Source: an uncultured Candidatus Saccharibacteria bacterium (GTDB taxonomy: Bacteria > Patescibacteriota > Minisyncoccia > Portnoybacterales > GWB1-42-6). From it: 19,487 nt of DNA. A program made the position numbers and the translations under genes. Below the pieces are notes generated by a model. The model ran no database searches, was not told the DNA's origin, and worked only from the letters and a program-made list of their open reading frames with translations. Positions 13,821-19,487 of this stretch are shown piece by piece (the stretch's first letter is position 1; each line of letters begins with the position of its first letter). Where the stretch lies: contig CAZOGP010000004.1 of assembly GCA_964579775.1 (NCBI GenBank), positions 4,752 through 24,238 on the forward strand, written 5' to 3'.

Positions 13821-15213
13821 TCTGCAAACAAACTGGCAATTCGTAATTTTGTTTATCGGCCTTTTGGCCGCGGCTATTATCAACTGGAGAAAACCAGGTT
13901 GCGGCGCCTGGCTGATATTTTTTTTGTCGCCGCTTTATCTGTTAAAAATCGGCAATTGGCCCTTAACTGTCCTGGAGGCGCTGATGTGGTTGTTTATAGG
14001 AGTCTGGCTGGTAAGAAAAGTAAAAAATAGTTGTCATCCCGGGCTTGACCCGGGATCCAGGCCCTGGATTCCCGCCCTTCTTGCATCAGGATCTATGACT
14101 TGCGCGGGAATGACAAGAGGGGTTATTACCAAAGTAATCAAGAACGATATTTTTCTACCACCTTTACTGATTTTAGCTGGCGTTTTTATCTCCGCCGTCT
14201 TTTCGCCCGACCCGAAAACTGGCTTGGGTATTTTAAAATCCTGGTTCTTGGCCCCGATGATTTTTGCTTTTATTCTAAGAGATATTTTTGAGGGCGGTGG
14301 TTTAAAAGAAATGTTTTCGGCGCTATTTGTTTCTTCGGCCGCGGTGGCGGCAATAAGTTTTGTTTATTTGGCGTCCGGACATTTGACTTTTGACGGCCGT
14401 TTAACGGCTTTTTATCTGTCTCCCAATCACCTGGCTATGTATCTGGCGCCGGGGTTGCTGGTCGGCTTGGCTTTATGGTCGGACGCGAAAAAAACACACC
14501 AAAGAATCTTATTGTTTATTGGTTATTGTTTATTGGCTACTGTTTTATACGCCACTTATTCTTTTGGCGCCTGGCTTGGTCTGGCCGCGGCCGCGGTTTT
14601 AATTTTATTTTATCTTTGGCGTTTAAAATTAATGAGCCGTCGTCAATTGTTAATGGTTATTTGTTTATCGGTAATTTTATTTATATTTGTGCTTGGCCAG
14701 CAGTTGTTCGACGTAAATAACGATAAGCTATCTAATCTATTCTCCTCTCCCCGCTCCTCCTGGCAATCGCGCCTGATGGTCTGGCAGGCGGCTACCCAGA
14801 TCTTAAAAGACCACGGGTTTCTAGGGATCGGGCCGGGGCTGTTCCAGAACTATTATTTGGAGTACCAGCAATATTTTTCTGTGCCGTATTTGGAGTGGGC
14901 CGTGCCCCAGCCCCATAATTTATTTTTGGCCTGGTGGCTGCAAGCGGGCCTGGCAGGGTTGGTTGGTTTCTTTTGGCTACTGATAGTTTTTTTCCGACGG
15001 GGATTCAAGACACTAAAAAAACCCTCCTTCGTCCCACTAGGCGGGACTTCGGAGGGCAAGCAAAATCACCTCTGGATCATTATTTTAATGGCCGTAATGA
15101 CGTATTTTTTGGTCCACGGTCTAGTCGATACTACTTTCTGGAAAAATGACCTGGCGCTGATCTGGTGGGTTATTGTATTTTTAGGCTCCAGAGCAGGCCG
15201 TCGCGTTTATTGA
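13810..15213 (+). CDS. O-antigen ligase family (Wzy_C domain) membrane protein, paralog 2, carrying an intragenic palindromic repeat
   Basis: Polytopic membrane protein. Motifs are YSFGAWLGLAAAAVLILF, GIGPGLFQNYY and PHNLFLAWWLQAGLAGLVGFFWLL. It overlaps the preceding gene by 11 nt. Confidence 0.8.
   Translation: MFYSLQTNWQFVILFIGLLAAAIINWRKPGCGAWLIFFLSPLYLLKIGNWPLTVLEALMWLFIGVWLVRKVKNSCHPGLDPGSRPWIPALLASGSMTCAGMTRGVITKVIKNDIFLPPLLILAGVFISAVFSPDPKTGLGILKSWFLAPMIFAFILRDIFEGGGLKEMFSALFVSSAAVAAISFVYLASGHLTFDGRLTAFYLSPNHLAMYLAPGLLVGLALWSDAKKTHQRILLFIGYCLLATVLYATYSFGAWLGLAAAAVLILFYLWRLKLMSRRQLLMVICLSVILFIFVLGQQLFDVNNDKLSNLFSSPRSSWQSRLMVWQAATQILKDHGFLGIGPGLFQNYYLEYQQYFSVPYLEWAVPQPHNLFLAWWLQAGLAGLVGFFWLLIVFFRRGFKTLKKPSFVPLGGTSEGKQNHLWIIILMAVMTYFLVHGLVDTTFWKNDLALIWWVIVFLGSRAGRRVY
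14033..14116. repeat. Palindromic repeat family copy C, inside CDS 13810-15213
   Basis: TGTCATCCCGGGCTTGACCCGGGATCCAG (14033-14061) and CTGGATTCCCGC...GCGGGAATGACA (14065-14116). The region is translated as CHPGLDPGSRPWIPALLASGSMTCAGMT. Confidence 0.8.
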
Positions 15214-16366
15214 CGAAAAATAAGTAATCTTCTTTGGGCGAAAGAAATAATTCCTGGGCGTCAAAGCCGACCTGATCGGAAGAACCCAGGATTTTTGTTT
15301 TGGCGTTGGTTTCCAGGTTTATTTTGTAGAAATCATCCGCCAGGATGACCAGGCCCTTATAATAGTCATCCGGCCAGACGGCATTAGCCGATAGCTCTTG
15401 CGGCAGGGCGCAGAAGATCGTCCGGTCGTCGCTTGCCCAGACGCATTTATCCGCCAGGCCGCTAAGCTTTAAGTCTTTGGCATTGGCGCCGATGCCGTCC
15501 GTTAATGACAGGCCTGGGTTTTGGCCGCGGTCGTTAGTCGAGGAGAAAAGTATTTTATCGGCCCGAGGGGACCATTTAACACTTAAACCAAAGAGGTCGC
15601 TGAGCGCCCGGGAAAAGTCGCCGGTGGTTGAATTCAGAGCGTAAAGCAGGCCTTGCGCCAGGCCGCTGGGGGGCTGGCGCAGAGAGATTTTTTCTTTAAT
15701 GGGCCACTCCACGATCAAATTATCCAGGCGGGTCTTAAAAATATTTGCCCAACCGGAACCATCGGGGTTGGCCACACTGATATTGTGCTGGCCGGTGGCA
15801 GAGTCAATAAAATGATAGGCGATCTTTTTGCTGTCGGGCGACCAGGCCACCGAACCCATTTTTTCATTGAGGAGCGAAGACTGATTGTTGGTGTAGTCGT
15901 AAAAATATTTTTTAAGTTGATTGTTATCAGAAAAAAATCCAATGACCTTGGTTTTATCCGGCGACCAGAGCGCTTTGATCAAGCCGTTCAATGTCGTGGA
16001 CGAGATTTTTTTAAGGCTGGCGCCCAGGAAATCAGATTCCCAGACATTGCCGTTGGCGCGGGTGAAATACTTAACGGTTTTGCCGTCTTCTCCAATGGTT
16101 GGCGCCAGGACCGGCTCTTTGCTGATAGCTTTAATTTTTGAGGCCGTTTGGCCTGGGCTGATGCTTTGGTTGGCGCCGCTTCCCGGCAAGAACGATGAAC
16201 CGCCAGTAGTTTGTCCCGCGCCGGGTGAGGCGGAGGGCAGGCTGCCGCCCTGCTCCGTTTCTCCGCCCGGAGCGGTTGATTTAAAAAAGAAATTATAAAC
16301 TAACAGCGAGCCCAGCGATAGGACCAATAAGATTGAGGCGATGATGAGGATTTTTTTAGTGTTCAT
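15170..16366 (-). CDS. Membrane-anchored TolB-like beta-propeller (PD40/WD40-like repeat) protein
   Basis: N-terminal TM KILIIASILLVLSLGSLLVYNFFF, then a Gly/Ser/Pro-rich linker. Repeated WSPD-type blades are ALWSPDKTKVIGF, VAWSPDSKKIAYHF, VKWSPRADKILFSS and CVWASDDRTIFCA. Confidence 0.75.
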   Translation of the reverse strand: MNTKKILIIASILLVLSLGSLLVYNFFFKSTAPGGETEQGGSLPSASPGAGQTTGGSSFLPGSGANQSISPGQTASKIKAISKEPVLAPTIGEDGKTVKYFTRANGNVWESDFLGASLKKISSTTLNGLIKALWSPDKTKVIGFFSDNNQLKKYFYDYTNNQSSLLNEKMGSVAWSPDSKKIAYHFIDSATGQHNISVANPDGSGWANIFKTRLDNLIVEWPIKEKISLRQPPSGLAQGLLYALNSTTGDFSRALSDLFGLSVKWSPRADKILFSSTNDRGQNPGLSLTDGIGANAKDLKLSGLADKCVWASDDRTIFCALPQELSANAVWPDDYYKGLVILADDFYKINLETNAKTKILGSSDQVGFDAQELFLSPKEDYLFFVNKRDGLLWSLKIQ

Positions 16367-16407
16367 AGGTTTTGTTAATCATTTTTATTTATAATAATAG
16401 CATATTT

Positions 16408-17076
16408 TTATTGGCAGGACGTACTGTCTGGGACGGACCTGGCAATACAGTTGGCCACCCCAAAAAAAAGCGGGCAAGCGTCTTTTGTTTTGTAGCAATT
16501 ATTTTTATCACACCAGCAAGTTTTAATTTTTTCCGTAGCAGGCGGCGGCCCCTGGCAATAGCAGCTATTGTTTTCAGCGGTAAATACGATGGGATTTGGC
16601 GCACACTTAGCGGTGCAGGCCTCTATGGTGGTTTGTTTAGTCAAGTAGGTTTGAGGCGTGACTGACGGTGATGCCGGCGCGGCGACATTGCCGAGCGGAG
16701 AAATTGATGGCGATAAATTCGTCAAACTCGGGTCAATGGTGGCCAAGATCAGCCAGGAACAGAGCAGCAAGGCGATGCCCATCAGCGCGCCAACGATCCA
16801 GTCTTTAGCCTTTTGCGTAGTCCCAACGGACGGGGCCAGCATGTAATTTATCCCGCCCCAAACAATCGCGCCCACCGCCAGGAACCCGGCCAGGGATAAA
16901 CCGAAAATGAATAGATACCGGACATAGACGCCGGGGTCGGAGACGATTGGGGAGGTCATGCCGGGTAGACTAATTTCAACTTTGTAGGCGGCGTGTCCAA
17001 TAGTCGCGTAGAAAAGTAAAGATAAAGCCTCGAAGATAGTTAGAAAAATTTTTTTATGATTTGAAAATAAATTCAT
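16408..17076 (-). CDS. Exported VirB2/TrbC-like two-helix pilin module fused to a 99-aa, 10-cysteine C-terminal domain
   Basis: Signal peptide with GHA|A. Hydrophobic hairpin YLFIFGLSLAGFLAVGAIVWGGINYM - APSVGTTQKAKDW - IVGALMGIALLLCSWLILATI. The C-terminus holds 10 Cys (EACTAKC..SCYC..TCWC..NNC..DAC..ANC..STC). Confidence 0.65.
   Translation of the reverse strand: MNLFSNHKKIFLTIFEALSLLFYATIGHAAYKVEISLPGMTSPIVSDPGVYVRYLFIFGLSLAGFLAVGAIVWGGINYMLAPSVGTTQKAKDWIVGALMGIALLLCSWLILATIDPSLTNLSPSISPLGNVAAPASPSVTPQTYLTKQTTIEACTAKCAPNPIVFTAENNSCYCQGPPPATEKIKTCWCDKNNCYKTKDACPLFFGVANCIARSVPDSTSCQ
16709..16968. repeat. 260-bp direct repeat, copy 1 (100% identical to 17673-17932)
   Basis: Base-by-base comparison shows identity from GGCGATAAATTCG... 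to ...CATGCCGGGTAG. The flanks diverge immediately on both sides. Confidence 0.95.
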
Positions 17077-17107
17077 TTTGGTTTTGGCCTCGTAGTTGAG
17101 CGATTAC

Positions 17108-17159
17108 CTGGATTCCCGCCGGAGTTTACCCCGTACTTGATACGGGGCGGGAATGACAG
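17108..17159. repeat. Palindromic repeat family copy D, intercistronic between the two pilin-like genes
   Basis: CTGGATTCCCGCCGGAGTTTACCCCGTACTTGATACGGGGCGGGAATGACAG forms a nested hairpin (ATTCCCGCC/GGCGGGAAT outer, CCCCGTA/TACGGGG inner). It is near-identical to 12665-12717. Confidence 0.8.
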
Positions 17160-17170
17160 AAGGCCTTACT

Positions 17171-18055
17171 TTAGACGCAATTGGCTTTAACACTGTAATG
17201 GATGTGGTCGGTGTGGCTGGCGCAGCTTTTGCTTTTTGAAGCGTTTTGTCCCCCGCCGGCGCGGCAGTATTGGGGAAATCCGGCGTAGAATAGCTGGTCA
17301 ACGCATTTGTCTTGACTTAACGTTTGCATAACTTGCTGTTTTTGAGAGTCGTTTAAATTAGAAACCCGGATATCGGCCGCTCTCCCCGTGCAGTGGGTGG
17401 ATGAGCCGCAAGCGGCGCCCGGCACGCAGGTGTCAGTCGCAGAACAACCGTGGCTGCCTGTTGTTTCAGTTATTGTAACTTCAACCGGAAGCGAACCAAG
17501 ATCTTTTACCAGGGTGTTGTTTACTTGTCCGGTTTGAATGTCTTGGCAAATCTTGGCGGTTTTGCATTTTATTTCTTGCGCGCCGGTTATGGGCGGGGTG
17601 ACAGCTCCCTCTGTTAGGCCGGAATCCGGGGGGCTTGGAGGTTCGGGGACGGTTACGATTTCTAATTGGGTGGGCGATAAATTCGTCAAACTCGGGTCAA
17701 TGGTGGCCAAGATCAGCCAGGAACAGAGCAGCAAGGCGATGCCCATCAGCGCGCCAACGATCCAGTCTTTAGCCTTTTGCGTAGTCCCAACGGACGGGGC
17801 CAGCATGTAATTTATCCCGCCCCAAACAATCGCGCCCACCGCCAGGAACCCGGCCAGGGATAAACCGAAAATGAATAGATACCGGACATAGACGCCGGGG
17901 TCGGAGACGATTGGGGAGGTCATGCCGGGTAGTTTTATCTCTAGCGTATAGGCCAGGGCACTTGGAGCGATAAAAAAAATAACAGATAATAGGCTTAAGA
18001 AAATAAATTTTAATTTTAGAAGAGTCTTTAGCAAGAAGGTTTTACTTAATTTCAA
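17171..18055 (-). CDS. Exported VirB2/TrbC-like pilin module fused to a Hedgehog/DD-peptidase-fold (LAS, peptidase M15-like) zinc hydrolase domain
   Basis: Signal peptide with ALA|Y and the same 87-aa two-helix module as 16408-17076, then a Pro-rich linker PEPPSPPDSG. The C-terminal domain has VEVTITETTGSHG...STHCTGRAADIRV (S-x-H-x-x-G-x-A-x-D, i.e. H-x6-D) and DHIHYSVKA (H-x-H). The start is TTG at 18055, with no in-frame ATG before residue 45. Confidence 0.7.
   Translation of the reverse strand: MKLSKTFLLKTLLKLKFIFLSLLSVIFFIAPSALAYTLEIKLPGMTSPIVSDPGVYVRYLFIFGLSLAGFLAVGAIVWGGINYMLAPSVGTTQKAKDWIVGALMGIALLLCSWLILATIDPSLTNLSPTQLEIVTVPEPPSPPDSGLTEGAVTPPITGAQEIKCKTAKICQDIQTGQVNNTLVKDLGSLPVEVTITETTGSHGCSATDTCVPGAACGSSTHCTGRAADIRVSNLNDSQKQQVMQTLSQDKCVDQLFYAGFPQYCRAGGGQNASKSKSCASHTDHIHYSVKANCV
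17673..17932. repeat. 260-bp direct repeat, copy 2 (100% identical to 16709-16968)
   Basis: See copy 1. The offset between copies is exactly 964 nt. Confidence 0.95.
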
Positions 18056-18788
18056 CGCTTAAATTAGCCGTAGATTGCTGCAGTTGGTCGGCTTTATTTT
18101 GAATAAAGAGCGACAGGTCTTTAAAAATAGACGCCGATAAATTGCCGGCGGGAATTTTTATTGTCAGCTGGTTGGGATTTTTTTCATCAAGCGTGTCTAA
18201 AATTTGTCTGTCTATCGCCCAGCTGAAAGCTAAGTCGGCGATATTTTGAGTGTTGAAAAACAGAGGCTCGGCCAGCAGGGTCAGGTTCTGGCCGGTGGCG
18301 GCGATTAGCGAGTCTTGCGCGGCATAGTTGCTGTTGGTAGTTTTAAATAAGATCTGGGGGCTGGCGATCTTTATGGTTAAAAATCCCCGCCAGATAATCT
18401 TTTCTTGGCTGTCTAATATTTGAGATTCTATTTCATGGTCGTCCCCGCCCCACTTGGTGGTTCGGAACTGAAACGACGACCTGCCTATGCCTTGCGCCGA
18501 ATACATAATTTCGTTATCCAGGAGCCAGCGATAATAGAGCGCGTCGGGATTTTGGGAGAGTTTTTTGGTCGGCAAAACCGCCACTTTTATGGTGCTGCCG
18601 CGCGAAGGCAGAGCCTTGCCTTCATAATCCAGCGGCACATAAGAATTGCTGGACCAGGTAAGCAGGAAATCATTGTCAACGGCGCGGGCGACGGGAGGCG
18701 CTGCCAGCGCGAAATAAAGTCCGGCCACAATGAGAAGGATTATTAATAAAGAGTTAACAGAGGTAGATTTTTTTAATAGATTGAACAT
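18042..18788 (-). CDS. Exported hypothetical protein with two tandem beta-rich domains
   Basis: Signal/anchor SLLIILLIVAGLYFALAAPPVARA|VD. The halves share the pattern [ST]xIxVxxxP...[YF]xWxxDxxI (STIKVAVLP..YYRWLLDNEI versus QNLTLLAEP..AFSWAIDRQI). The stop overlaps the next gene's start by 14 nt. Confidence 0.6.
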   Translation of the reverse strand: MFNLLKKSTSVNSLLIILLIVAGLYFALAAPPVARAVDNDFLLTWSSNSYVPLDYEGKALPSRGSTIKVAVLPTKKLSQNPDALYYRWLLDNEIMYSAQGIGRSSFQFRTTKWGGDDHEIESQILDSQEKIIWRGFLTIKIASPQILFKTTNSNYAAQDSLIAATGQNLTLLAEPLFFNTQNIADLAFSWAIDRQILDTLDEKNPNQLTIKIPAGNLSASIFKDLSLFIQNKADQLQQSTANLSVEIK

Positions 18789-18803
18789 TGTTGTGAGATT
18801 TCT

Positions 18804-18940
18804 CCCTCTCTTAAGTTAAGAGAGGGTTAGGGTGAGTTATGCTCATTGAGTCGCTGAAGTCAAACTTCAAAGGCAACCCGAAGTCTGACTTCAGCGACCG
18901 GCTATAACTCCTCCCCACCTCCTCTTAATTTAAGAGGAGG
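18804..18940. repeat. Composite multi-hairpin intergenic element (copy 2 of 2; see 940-1079)
   Basis: CCCTCTCTTAA-g-TTAAGAGAGGG (18804-18826, followed by TTAGGGTGAG). A 19-bp stem with one mismatch, GTCGCTGAAGTCAAACTTC...GAAGTCTGACTTCAGCGAC (18850-18898). CCTCCTCTTAA-t-TTAAGAGGAGG (18918-18940). Confidence 0.6.
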
Positions 18941-18964
18941 AGAAGCTTGCGTTGGCTCCCCTTT

Positions 18965-19444
18965 TTATATTTGTTGATTTTTTAACATTTTATTGGCCAT
19001 CGCTAGACCGCCGGGGTTTTTCATGGCGTCATAGACTTGGGCCGCCGCCTTCTTTTTAATGTAAGAGTAGACGACTATGCCGATATTGCTGGGCAGGATG
19101 CCTAAAGATACAACGTCTATAATTTTGGCCACGATAAAAGTAAGTATCGGGTCAAGCTTGGGATTATAACCTTTTTGCCACCAGCCAAAAATCAGGCCGG
19201 CCAGGGTTTCAGTGAATAGATTAATTATGGGAATAAGTCCGATTAAGTCAAACAAGGCGGCTAAACACAGCATCTCCCAGGGAAAAGAAGCGGGCTCGGG
19301 CGGAGCGATGGGCCGCTCGGACGACTCGGTTTGCCTGGCGCGGTCTCCTTCTGTCTGCTGGGCTTGTCGGGTTTTATCTCGCTCGGACCGTTGGGCTTGC
19401 CGGCTGCGGTCCTCTTCAAATTGTTGTTGGTAGTTGTCGGGCAT
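18965..19444 (-). CDS. Hypothetical membrane protein with charged 11-aa repeat N-terminus
   Basis: The N-terminus has three repeats, RSRQAQRSERD / KTRQAQQTEGD / RARQTESSERP. Hydrophobic segments follow: MLCLAALFDLIGLIPIINLF, LAGLIFGWW and IIDVVSLGILPSNIGIVVYSYI. The ATG at 19444 is preferred over the track's TTG at 19468. Confidence 0.55.
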   Translation of the reverse strand: MPDNYQQQFEEDRSRQAQRSERDKTRQAQQTEGDRARQTESSERPIAPPEPASFPWEMLCLAALFDLIGLIPIINLFTETLAGLIFGWWQKGYNPKLDPILTFIVAKIIDVVSLGILPSNIGIVVYSYIKKKAAAQVYDAMKNPGGLAMANKMLKNQQI

Positions 19445-19487
19445 GAGTTCATTTAAACATTTAAACAATTTAACAACTTAACAAAAT

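Noticed and set aside
1-19487. CRISPR arrays, tRNA/rRNA genes, and transposase, integrase or phage genes.
   Set aside because: I found no regularly spaced direct repeats with unique spacers. No tRNA-like T-arm (GGTTCGAATCC-type) or rRNA-like stretches turned up in intergenic regions. No ORF has DDE, tyrosine or serine recombinase motifs. The repeats present are hairpin elements and one 260-bp gene-internal duplication.
1-19487. Alternative genetic code (for example UGA recoded, as in some CPR lineages).
   Set aside because: All housekeeping genes give full-length, motif-complete proteins under the standard bacterial code, so recoding is not needed.

Overview
This window looks like the replication-origin neighbourhood of a small-genome bacterium. 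All calls come from reading the sequence and ORF track by eye, with no searches run. Compact housekeeping genes, mostly SD-less A/T-rich leaders, several short palindromic repeat families and pilin-like genes suggest Candidate Phyla Radiation/Patescibacteria, but that is inference only.

The core is a classic divergent origin locus. dnaA-dnaN-dciA(DUF721) lie on the minus strand and rpmH-rnpA-yidD-yidC-jag on the plus strand. rpmH is 44 aa and is missing from the ORF track. DnaA-box-like 9-mers occur in both the dnaA-dnaN and the rpmH-dnaA spacers.

Upstream are a 5'-partial lamin-tail-domain surface protein, yebC-ruvC, a stand-alone unit encoding a 62-aa hyper-acidic peptide behind a 20-bp-stem structured element, and a class A PBP. 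Downstream of jag is an envelope block with a Wzx/MurJ-type flippase and two paralogous O-antigen-ligase-family (Wzy_C) genes.

The 3' quarter (15170-19468, all minus strand) is the most unusual part, with five consecutive exported or membrane proteins. Two are adjacent paralogs sharing a 260-bp, 100% identical segment that encodes a VirB2/TrbC-like two-helix pilin module. Each is fused to a different 10-cysteine extracellular domain. One of these domains carries the zinc-ligand signature of the Hedgehog/DD-peptidase (LAS, M15-like) fold (STHCTGRAADI ... HIHYSVKA).

Three short palindromic repeat families are scattered through the window. One is inserted without breaking the reading frame at the homologous loop of both O-antigen-ligase paralogs. 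I saw no rRNA, tRNA, CRISPR array, transposase or integrase.
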